Assembly: GCA_963422735.1 (NCBI GenBank)
Contig: OY730476.1
Location: 2,176,001-2,240,000, forward strand
From: Candidatus Latescibacterota bacterium
Lineage (GTDB): Bacteria; Latescibacterota; UBA2968; UBA8231
Direction of reading: 5' to 3'
Length of the DNA stretch: 64,000 nucleotides
Below are positions 52,567 to 61,000 of this stretch, piece by piece. Position numbers and translations under genes: made by a program. Numbering within the stretch: position 1 is the first letter of the stretch; each line of letters begins with the position of its first letter. Under the pieces are notes generated by a model. It was given only the letters and a program-made list of their open reading frames with translations, was not told the origin of the DNA and made no database searches.

Positions 52567-52965
52567 ATGGCTACGCCACTTACCGATCTAGAAGCGCGCT
52601 ATGGCCCGCGGCAAGGGCTGCTACCTGTGGGATGTCGATGGCCGGCGCTACGTCGATTGCGCCAACCACCACACGGCCCAAGTCCTCGGGCACGGGAACG
52701 AGCGCGTGGAGGCGGCCGTGCGCGAACAGATGCAAAAGGGCATTGCCTTGGGCGCACCCACTGGCATTGAGAGCGAGATCGCCCGCGCGATGTGCAACCG
52801 GGTGGATGCGCTGGAGCGGATTCGCTTTTTTTTCTTTCGCTCATCGAGCAAGGGTACTTCCTCGGTCCGGGGCTGAGCATGTGCGCACTTTCTACTCCCA
52901 TGGACGCCCAACACATCGACGGCTTAGTCGCCGCTGTGGGGAACGCGCTGGCGGAAATAGCCTAA
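52567..52965 (+). pseudogene. Collapsed class-III aminotransferase (HemL-like)
   Basis: GKGCYLWDVDGRRYVD...LGH...IRF joined at a T-run to a C-terminal LIEQGYFL...LSTPM...LAEIA*. Confidence 0.78.
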
Positions 52966-52985
52966 ATACAACAACGGAGAACGCC

Positions 52986-53750
52986 ATGCCCGTGCTCAGC
53001 CCCGAACAAATCGCCCAGTACCAGCAAGACGGGTACACTATCTTGAGAAAGGCCCTCCCCGCAGCAGACGTGTGTACGCTCCGCGCCCACATCAAAGGGA
53101 TCGCTTCGGGCACGGTGCCCTTCCCGGAGGCGAGCATTGAGTTCGATCCCAACGCGCCCCGGCAACGCCACATCGATCACTTGCGCAAGATCAATGGACC
53201 GTCCCAATGCGATCCATTCTTCCGCGACCACGCAGCGCGGGAGCCGCTCCTCACCGCAGCCACCGACCTGCTCGGTCCAGACGTCAAGCTTTTCGGCGAC
53301 CAAGTTTTTATCAAGGGACCGGGTGGCATAGAAAAGACCTATCACCAAGACTCCGCGTACTTCCACATTGAGCCGATGGCCCTTGCCACCGCTTGGGTCG
53401 CCTTAGACGATGTAACCCTTAAAAATGGCTGCTTGTGGGTCGTGCCGGGCAGCCACCGCGAGGGGCTAGTGGACCACAGCGAGGTGTGGATGGTCGGCCC
53501 GCGGCAAGACAAGAAAGTTCCAGACGACGCCATCGACCGCCAGCGCGAACGTCCCATCCTGCTGCAAGCGGGCGACTGCTCCTTCCACCACAGCCTGCTT
53601 CTGCACCGCTCCGGCTCCAACCAGACGACGACGCGACGACGCGGAATGGCCACTCACTACATGAGCGCCCGCTCGCACTGGACGGGCCGCCCCGAGGACA
53701 AGCCTGAATATCCCCTGTTGCGGGGACGCGAATGCGCCGGCTGCGTCTGA
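52986..53750 (+). CDS. PhyH-family dioxygenase
   Basis: YQQDGY, YHQD, NGCLWVVPGSH, HHSLLLHRS. Confidence 0.92.
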   Translation: MPVLSPEQIAQYQQDGYTILRKALPAADVCTLRAHIKGIASGTVPFPEASIEFDPNAPRQRHIDHLRKINGPSQCDPFFRDHAAREPLLTAATDLLGPDVKLFGDQVFIKGPGGIEKTYHQDSAYFHIEPMALATAWVALDDVTLKNGCLWVVPGSHREGLVDHSEVWMVGPRQDKKVPDDAIDRQRERPILLQAGDCSFHHSLLLHRSGSNQTTTRRRGMATHYMSARSHWTGRPEDKPEYPLLRGRECAGCV

Positions 53751-53779
53751 GGCACCTCCCCTAACCAAAAGGAATATCC

Positions 53780-54424
53780 ATGAGCCAATACTGGGTTGAA
53801 GACGGACAAACGCTGCTGTTCATCGGCGACAGCATCACCGACTGCGGTCGCCGCGCTGCCGAGGCCCCGCTGGGCAACGGGTACGTGCGCCTGTTCGCCG
53901 AGCTGGCCACGGCCCGCTTCCCCGAGCGGCGGGTCCGCTACATCAACAAAGGCATCGGCGGCAACCGCGTCACCGATTTAGCCACCCGCTGGCGGGACGA
54001 CGTACTCTACCACCGGCCAGACCGGCTGTCGGTCAAAATCGGCATCAACGACCTGCACAGCCATTTGCGCGGTGCCGAAGACGGCGTCGATCCAGCCCGC
54101 TTCGCCGCCGCCTATGAACAGTTACTAGAGATTACCCAAGACGAACTAGGCTGTCCGCTCGTATTGCTCACCCCGTTTTACATTTCCACCGACCACAGCG
54201 GCCAGACCATCCGCAGCCAAGTACTCGAATTGCTGCCTCGGTATCTCGAAGTGGTGGAGCGGCTGGCCGAGCGTTTCAATGCCCGCCTAGTGCGCCTGCA
54301 CGACATCTTCCAACGGCAGCTTCAGTACCGCGACGCTGATACCTTCTGTCCAGAACCGGTCCACCCCAACCAAGCCGGACATTTGGTAATCGCCCAAGCC
54401 CTGATGGATACCCTGATCGCGTAG
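53780..54424 (+). CDS. SGNH/GDSL hydrolase
   Basis: FIGDSIT, NKGIGG, GIND, PVHPN..GH. Confidence 0.92.
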   Translation: MSQYWVEDGQTLLFIGDSITDCGRRAAEAPLGNGYVRLFAELATARFPERRVRYINKGIGGNRVTDLATRWRDDVLYHRPDRLSVKIGINDLHSHLRGAEDGVDPARFAAAYEQLLEITQDELGCPLVLLTPFYISTDHSGQTIRSQVLELLPRYLEVVERLAERFNARLVRLHDIFQRQLQYRDADTFCPEPVHPNQAGHLVIAQALMDTLIA

Positions 54425-54581
54425 GGGATAGCAGCTACCGTTGCGACCTTTCTAAAAAAGAAATTTCCGCGTACGTTAAGTTTACTCCTGCGCTTCTTCT
54501 CGATCCCGATCCATAATTAGCTACTCCAAGCAGGATAGCCGACTGCACATACCGTGCCACCCTAAAAGGAGAACGCGTATT

Positions 54582-56423
54582 ATGCTGCTTCGCTTAGCCC
54601 TATTCGCCCTTGCCGTTGGTCTATGGAGTTGTGGAGACGACAGCGATCCTGCACCAACGGCTCCAGAAGAGGCGGTTCTGCGCCCGACCGGACAGTTGCA
54701 GCCTTGGGATCTTTCGCCCATTGTCTCGGCTGACGAGGTTCGTTCCATGCCCGTGGGTACGCCCGTATTTCTGCGCACTGAATTTGCTCACGGTGAATTG
54801 GCTGACCTCGAAATGACCTTCGTCCAAGTGGTCGATGACTTCTTGTCGCCCATGCCGGTTTACATGGTAGAAGCCTCCGATCCCGTTTTGATACAGCTCG
54901 GGGGCATTGCTAAGGGGATGAGCGGTTCGCCCATTTTTACGGAGCAGGGCACTTGGGGGGCCATTGCTTATGGATTTGATTCCCAGGACAGCCCGCCGTA
55001 CTACTTTTTTGCCACCCCCATAGAATGGGTCATCGGCACTCGGGGAATGATGCCAGCGGCCAAACGCACGGCCACTTGGGAAGGCAACCGCATTACCCCT
55101 TTGGAAACCCCCTTGCTGAGCACGGGACTCAATGGGGTGCATTCGCTGCCTGAAGGGATCTCGTCCCTCCTGAGCACGGCCACCGCCGCTGGTCTGACCC
55201 AAGAGCGCCAAGACAGCTTTGAAGCAGGCAGGCCCCTGACGGTTGGGTTACTGCTCGGAGAGCTCACTGTAGGCACGTTGGGAACCATATCGTACGTCGA
55301 TGGCAACCGGATATATGGGTTTGGGCATCCAATGTCCGGTGCTGGTCCGGTAGAGCTTCCCATAATCGAAGCACGGGTACTCGGCGAAGTTTCCAATTTG
55401 TCCGCCCCGTATAAGTTTGCGACGCTGAATCCAACAGTGCGGGGAACCCTGACCGAAGACCGTTTGCCCGCGGTTCGCGGCGTCCTCAATGAGGAGCCAG
55501 ACTTAATACCTGTTAAGAGCGTATATGCGTTTCCTTCAGGGAGCACAGTCGAACTTGCACACAGGGTAGCCGTCGGTCTCGACTCATATACGTCGCTCGA
55601 TCTCGTTGCTGGTGCTGCTTTTATGCCTTTGGCCAACCGGATTGACAACGATCCTGAGCACAGCATCCGCGTTACAACGGATATTTCTTTTGCCGGCACC
55701 GATTCAACGCTCGCTCGTTCCCTGCTCTACTCCTCGCCAGAAGGGCGGCTTGGGGATTCCATTTTCAATGCTTATAGCGACTTATCATTCGCACTCTCGG
55801 AACTTATGACGCGGAACGACTACGCCTTGCAGGTGCGCGAGGCCGAGGTGCATGTCGAAGTGATTCCTGAGACTCGTTTTGCCACCGTGACGAAGGTTAC
55901 TACCGACTCGGTTATCAGCCTTGGCAGTACGCTGAATATTACCACTTTGCTGCGCGTGGGACGGCGCAGCAGCCGAGAGGTCGAACTGGCCCTCAGCGTG
56001 CCGGATACGCTGTTCCCTGGCTTTTACCAGCTCGAAGTGGGGTCTGTTGCAACATTAGGGGAAGATGCTGGTTGGGAATGGGAAAATGACCCGTCGTTGT
56101 TTGATGATTTTTGGGGCGCGGAAACGCTCGACGATGTTTTTGTACGAGTGAATAAACCCGACGAAAACGTCCTTTTAAAAGCTCGCTTGACGTTTGTCTC
56201 GCCATCCGGGCCACCGCCTTGGCTTGAAGGTGAGGGCGAACCTGAGTTCGGATTTGATGAGTTTCTGGATCCCGAGTTTCTAGATCCCGAGTTTCTGGAT
56301 CCCGGCTTTCCTCCTGCCCAGCCTGCACCTATTTCTACGCAGGAAGACGTCGATTTATTACTCACAGGTATTCAAACCCTTGAGATAGAAGTATTAGAAG
56401 GGGAAATAGTAGAAGAGGAGTAG
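54582..56423 (+). CDS. Lipoprotein with SpoIVB-like (S55) peptidase domain
   Basis: Lipobox LWSC; GGIAKGMSGSP, GTISYVDG..YGFGHP; acidic tail. Confidence 0.8.
   Translation: MLLRLALFALAVGLWSCGDDSDPAPTAPEEAVLRPTGQLQPWDLSPIVSADEVRSMPVGTPVFLRTEFAHGELADLEMTFVQVVDDFLSPMPVYMVEASDPVLIQLGGIAKGMSGSPIFTEQGTWGAIAYGFDSQDSPPYYFFATPIEWVIGTRGMMPAAKRTATWEGNRITPLETPLLSTGLNGVHSLPEGISSLLSTATAAGLTQERQDSFEAGRPLTVGLLLGELTVGTLGTISYVDGNRIYGFGHPMSGAGPVELPIIEARVLGEVSNLSAPYKFATLNPTVRGTLTEDRLPAVRGVLNEEPDLIPVKSVYAFPSGSTVELAHRVAVGLDSYTSLDLVAGAAFMPLANRIDNDPEHSIRVTTDISFAGTDSTLARSLLYSSPEGRLGDSIFNAYSDLSFALSELMTRNDYALQVREAEVHVEVIPETRFATVTKVTTDSVISLGSTLNITTLLRVGRRSSREVELALSVPDTLFPGFYQLEVGSVATLGEDAGWEWENDPSLFDDFWGAETLDDVFVRVNKPDENVLLKARLTFVSPSGPPPWLEGEGEPEFGFDEFLDPEFLDPEFLDPGFPPAQPAPISTQEDVDLLLTGIQTLEIEVLEGEIVEEE
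56259..56303 (+). repeat. 15-bp coding tandem repeat x3 (EFLDP)
   Basis: GAGTTTCT(G/A)GATCCC three times. Confidence 0.9.
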
Positions 56424-56498
56424 CAGGCCAGTACGCATACACCCCGTTAAAACGCGGGAATTTCAAACAGCTTCTTAATTCCCGCTATTAAGTTGTGA

Positions 56499-56537
56499 AG
56501 CCTTTATCTGCATCAACCTCTTTTGTAGATAAAGGCT
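56499..56537. terminator. Hairpin between convergent genes
   Basis: AGCCTTTATCTGCA...TGTAGATAAAGGCT. Confidence 0.55.
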
Positions 56538-56542
56538 CCTTT

Positions 56543-57637
56543 CTAATAATCTGCCACCGACCCATCCCGCAGTCGATTGTCCGGCCACTTAAACTGCCGC
56601 TCGCTCGCCCGGCCTACGGCAATGGCCTGTTCCTCGTCGATCTCCACCCCCAATCCCGGCCCCTCGGGCAGCGACGCATATCCCTCCGCATCCAAGGTCC
56701 ACGTCTTGTGCGCCACGCCTTCCGGCAGTTGGTGCTCATAGCCCTCGTGGATGAGGAAAAACGCCACTGAGGCCGCCACGTGTAAGCTCGCCGTCAGGCC
56801 CAAAAACGACATGGTGCAATGCGGGGCAATCGGCACGTGATGCGCCTCGCACAAAGCGGCGACCTTCTGCATCTGGCTGATGCCGCCGCCGTGGCCGCAG
56901 TCGGGCTGCAGGATATCGACGACTTGGGCCTCCAAAATCTCGCGCACCTCCCAAATGGTGCGGTCGCGCTCGCCAGTAGCCAACGGTACGGGCACGGCCG
57001 CACGTAGCTTGTGCATGGCCTCGATGTTGCCCGGCACCCACGCCTCTTCCAAAAAGAGCAAATCGTCCGGCTTGAGATAACCGGCAAATTGCTTGACCAG
57101 CGGCAGCGGCATCATGCTGTGTGCATCGAACATAACCGCCCCATCCGGCCCCACCTTGGCGCGGGCGTCGGCCACCCGCTGTACCAACTCCGCCACCTCG
57201 GCTGGCGTCCCCGCGTGATAGCGCGCCCCCCCAGGGCTGACCTTGATCGCCTTCGGGCTAGGATACATCCATACCTTGTCGCGGCAGGGGCCGCCCAACA
57301 GGCGATATACCGGCACCTGATAGAGCTTGCCGGCAATGTCCCATAGCGCCATGTCAATGGCCGCAATCACGTGCATCATCAGCCCGCCGCCGCGCAGGTT
57401 GCGATGGGCGCGGAACAGCCGCTGCCAGTGGTGCTCGATGCGCGTCGGGTTTTCGCCGACGATGAGCGAGCCCAGCGACTCGGCCAAGGTGCAGGCGACT
57501 TTGGTTTCCACGTTGTTGATCTCGCCCCAGCCGACCTCCCCCATATTCGTCTCCACCTTCACGTATCCCTTGGCTCCCACCGGAATGGCCGTCAAGCGCT
57601 CGACTCGAATGGCCGAGCCGCGATCTTCCACTTTCAT
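56543..57637 (-). CDS. Mandelate racemase family, galactonate-dehydratase-like
   Basis: IDMALWDIAGK, FDAH, FLEE, LATGER, APHC, PGLG. Confidence 0.9.
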   Translation of the reverse strand: MKVEDRGSAIRVERLTAIPVGAKGYVKVETNMGEVGWGEINNVETKVACTLAESLGSLIVGENPTRIEHHWQRLFRAHRNLRGGGLMMHVIAAIDMALWDIAGKLYQVPVYRLLGGPCRDKVWMYPSPKAIKVSPGGARYHAGTPAEVAELVQRVADARAKVGPDGAVMFDAHSMMPLPLVKQFAGYLKPDDLLFLEEAWVPGNIEAMHKLRAAVPVPLATGERDRTIWEVREILEAQVVDILQPDCGHGGGISQMQKVAALCEAHHVPIAPHCTMSFLGLTASLHVAASVAFFLIHEGYEHQLPEGVAHKTWTLDAEGYASLPEGPGLGVEIDEEQAIAVGRASERQFKWPDNRLRDGSVADY

Positions 57638-57661
57638 TATGCTTCCTCCTATTTTAAGATT

Positions 57662-57852
57662 CGGACTTTCCTAGAATAAGGACTGTTTAATCAGTGGTCA
57701 GGGGTCAGGGGTCAGTCCCATCCGCCCCCTTGGCGACGGGTCCCGGAACATCGACGCGGGGGACCGCGCGGGCCCGGACGAGGGCTACGGGCATACCGAG
57801 TGAAACCGCCTACATGAAACCGGAATCCCCAACCGTACACTAGGAAATTCCG
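57662..57852 (-). mobile_element. MITE-like element, copy 2 (complete)
   Basis: TIRs CGGACTTTCCTAG (57662-57674) and CTAGGAAATTCCG (57840-57852), 12/13 match; perfect flanking direct repeat TTAAGATT (57654-57661, 57853-57860); 3 internal heptamers. Confidence 0.85.
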
Positions 57853-57865
57853 TTAAGATTTGCTT

Positions 57866-58504
57866 CTAACGCCATTCTCCTGCGGTTGCGACCTGCTTGA
57901 CCTCCGCGGCCAGTCGTTGGAATGCGGCTAATCTATGCAGAATACTAAAATCGCCGATCATTTCAGCCACGCGATGGGCGCCCGACCGCCAATTGAAACG
58001 CTCTAGGCGACGCCCTTGGAGACCGCTTGCCTGACGCAGGAGCTCGCAGAGGAGTTGTTTGGGATCGGCCAACTCTTCGAGCTTTTGCACATCTGGCATA
58101 TCTAGCGGCTGAGTGCCGTTGGGATTGCCCGCAGCCTTTCTCAACGCAGCTTCGTCGATGAGCAACCACGCTTCCTGCATCCGCACGGGGACCACGCAAA
58201 CAACGCGAACCAAACCTTCCACTGAACTTTCCTCTAGGGCCTCGCAGATTTCTGCATCGCGCTCTTCAATTGAAGCACTCTCCGCGTCCCGATGCACAAA
58301 GAGCAGCTCGCAAGGATACAGTTCAACGCTCCGGTTAATGCGCTCGGAAAGTTTCTTGGGAGGATGTGGCAAGCGACTCAGGTCGGCAAACTCCGCTTGG
58401 ATGGGAATCGCACCATAGGACTGGCGCAACAGCCAAGTGAGAATCGGTAGGAGGGCGCGGTCAGACGATCCATCCGCCACCAGCGTGTAGCGCATTTCCT
58501 GCAT
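57866..58504 (-). CDS. DUF4276/TOPRIM-like partner of AAA ATPase
   Basis: ADGSSD, FVHRDAE, VPVRMQEAWLL, DPK. Confidence 0.75.
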   Translation of the reverse strand: MQEMRYTLVADGSSDRALLPILTWLLRQSYGAIPIQAEFADLSRLPHPPKKLSERINRSVELYPCELLFVHRDAESASIEERDAEICEALEESSVEGLVRVVCVVPVRMQEAWLLIDEAALRKAAGNPNGTQPLDMPDVQKLEELADPKQLLCELLRQASGLQGRRLERFNWRSGAHRVAEMIGDFSILHRLAAFQRLAAEVKQVATAGEWR

Positions 58505-58515
58505 CCGACGCCAGA

Positions 58516-59964
58516 CTACCCAGAAAAAGATAGAAGGAGTTGCATATCCGCCCTATCGACTACCCGTTTCTGCTTTGATACCTCTATGTAATTCTTAGGC
58601 AGCACCGGATTCAGATAAGGAAGCAGATCGCCGCGCACGGCGTCCTCGCCCACTTTGGCTCGCCAAGTATCGGACAGGCAGAGAAAATGAGCCTTTTTGC
58701 AGAGGCGTCCCTCCTCGTCTATGGCCTCTTTGGCCTTTACAAATACAACGCTATCATCCGGGACTTGCTGGAATACTACAGGCGAGTGAGTATTGACGAT
58801 CATTTGGCGTAGTGGATTATCCTCCCCAACAGGCTCTTGGGTATTCACTGCAATATCCTTGAGTAGTTGCAGTATAGCTGGAATCCGAGCCGGATGAATG
58901 CCATTTTCCGGCTCTTCCAAACAAAGCACTCCCTGCATCTCCGGGTCGCTCTCCAAGACAGCCAGCGCAAGGAAGCGCAAAGTACCGTCCGACAGAGCGC
59001 GTGCTGGATGAAAGGTTCCTTCCTCGTTTTTTGCATACAAAGTCAATAGTTCCCGCTTCTCATCTCGCTCTATATGGATATCATGCACACCGTCGATGAG
59101 TTCGACTAAGCGGTTGGCAATCTGGCTATATACGGAGCCTCCTTCCGGTTGCCCATCACGGCGGGCCAAGCGATACAACGTAGCCGCCAGATGGCGGCCA
59201 TCCGCACCTAAGCGTGTATGAGCACTAAATTCATCGGGCTTTCTCAGGGCCGAAGGTTCCAGTTGCAACATCTGCCAAGATTCCATTTCTCGGCGAGCAA
59301 CCAATACCGTGGGGCTTTCCGCCGCATTGGCTATGGAGAGCACTGTGCGAGGTAGATTAGCGGCTGATCGGGGCAAAGGACGCCCACTGGTGCCGCCATC
59401 CTGATGCAGTTTTATGACTCTATTTTCGCCCTCGTCGGCGGTTGAAATGAAGGGTGCGTGGCGCTTGCCGCATACTGCGGATTTGCGCCAGTCCTTTGCA
59501 CTGTGAGGAAATAAAAGGTGTTGGGAGGCGTCGCGTTGGGCGATGGGGACCAATTCTTCTTTGACGATGGCGAGATTACCTCGCACCAGGCTGTCAGCCG
59601 TCTCGTGGTAAGCAAGCTCTAGGGAATAACGCAAAAATGTAATACTGGCTTCGGCTTCCTGCCCCAAGTCGTCGGTGGCTCGCCGCGGCACGATCATCTC
59701 GGCCTCAAAAGTCATGCGCTCGGCATAGTGGTTGCCTACGCGGTGAAAAAGGTCGCGCACGGGTGCTGTGCGGCTGTCTTGGTCGCGCACGGCGGCGGCG
59801 GCCTCCATGAGCGTGTGATTGGCCAGTGCGCTCAGGAACCGAATCGCGTCGAATAGGTTCGACTTACCCACCCCATTCGGCCCAACCACACAGGTAAACG
59901 GACCGAGGTACAAATCCACATCCACCAAATTTTTGAAGTTAGAGACTTTCAGTCGGGTCAACAT
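58516..59964 (-). CDS. ABC-type AAA_21 ATPase (AbiEii-like)
   Basis: NFKNL, GPNGVGKSN, LSDGTLR, EEPENGIHP, NTHSP. Confidence 0.9.
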   Translation of the reverse strand: MLTRLKVSNFKNLVDVDLYLGPFTCVVGPNGVGKSNLFDAIRFLSALANHTLMEAAAAVRDQDSRTAPVRDLFHRVGNHYAERMTFEAEMIVPRRATDDLGQEAEASITFLRYSLELAYHETADSLVRGNLAIVKEELVPIAQRDASQHLLFPHSAKDWRKSAVCGKRHAPFISTADEGENRVIKLHQDGGTSGRPLPRSAANLPRTVLSIANAAESPTVLVARREMESWQMLQLEPSALRKPDEFSAHTRLGADGRHLAATLYRLARRDGQPEGGSVYSQIANRLVELIDGVHDIHIERDEKRELLTLYAKNEEGTFHPARALSDGTLRFLALAVLESDPEMQGVLCLEEPENGIHPARIPAILQLLKDIAVNTQEPVGEDNPLRQMIVNTHSPVVFQQVPDDSVVFVKAKEAIDEEGRLCKKAHFLCLSDTWRAKVGEDAVRGDLLPYLNPVLPKNYIEVSKQKRVVDRADMQLLLSFSG

Positions 59965-60124
59965 AGATCCTCTCCTCATTGGGAGGGCTTACATCTCTTG
60001 GTTCTAGTCAGATGTTCAAATAATAGGCAACCTCTTAAACCCCTGCTACTCATTCGGCATTGGCCCTACCGACGCCTCGTTCTTAGCTTAAAAAAACTAC
60101 CCTCACTTAACGACAGGAGACATT

Positions 60125-60859
60125 ATGGTCGAACCCAACGACATCCAACGCCCCTCCAAAGACCTCATCAATGCCCTCGCCCCTATCTCCAGCGCGACCG
60201 CGGCTGGCGAACTAGCCCGCTTGGGCATCCGCGATCCTCACATCCAAGGCCCAATCGCCCGCACCCCGGGCAAGCACATCGTCGGCCCAGCCTTGACCTT
60301 GCAGTTTATGCCCAAGCGCGAAGACCAGTACTCGGTCGATGAGTACGCCGACCCGGAAAAGCAACTCCACCGCCACGCCCTCTACCACACCCAACCCGGC
60401 GACATCATCGTCGTCGATGCCCGCGGCGACCTGCACAGCGGGGTCTTCGGCGAGATGATGCTCACCTTCTTCATGGGGCGCGGCGGCGCCGGTGCAGTCA
60501 TCGACGGCTGCATCCGCGACTTCCCCAAAGTGATCGAAGATCTCGACATCGGACTTTGGCTACGCGGCACAACCCCCAACTTCCACACCCAAACCAACAT
60601 CTTCCCCTTCGCAGTCAACGTGCCCATCGCCTGCAGCGACACCTTAGTCATGCCCGGGGACATCATCATCGCCGACGACGACGGCGCCACCGTCGTCCCG
60701 GCCCAACTCGCCCCCGAACTAACCGAAAAGGCCCACGCCCACGCCGAGTGGGAGGACTTCAGCCGCATGAGGCTGGCCGAGGGCGGGCACCTGCGCAAGT
60801 ACTACCCGCTTAGCGAAGAAGCGCGCACCGAATACGAAGCGTGGAAGAATAACCAATGA
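60125..60859 (+). CDS. RraA-like / HMG-aldolase family protein
   Basis: GPALTL, GVFGEMM, DGCIRD, PGDIIIADDDG. Confidence 0.88.
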   Translation: MVEPNDIQRPSKDLINALAPISSATAAGELARLGIRDPHIQGPIARTPGKHIVGPALTLQFMPKREDQYSVDEYADPEKQLHRHALYHTQPGDIIVVDARGDLHSGVFGEMMLTFFMGRGGAGAVIDGCIRDFPKVIEDLDIGLWLRGTTPNFHTQTNIFPFAVNVPIACSDTLVMPGDIIIADDDGATVVPAQLAPELTEKAHAHAEWEDFSRMRLAEGGHLRKYYPLSEEARTEYEAWKNNQ

Positions 60860-60998
60860 CCACTGATCACTAACCACTAACCACTGATCACTAACCACTA
60901 ACCACTGATCACTAACCACTAACCACTGATCACTAACCACTAACCACTGATCACTAACCACTAACCACTGATCACTAACCACTAACCACTGATCACTA
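60860..60998. repeat. 21-bp higher-order tandem repeat (CCACTGA-TCACTAA-CCACTAA) x~6.6
   Basis: Seen directly; fills the whole intergenic gap. Confidence 0.95.
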
Positions 60999-61000
60999 CT

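Noticed and set aside
60860-60998. Tandem array as a CRISPR array
   Set aside because: No unique spacers; the units are contiguous.
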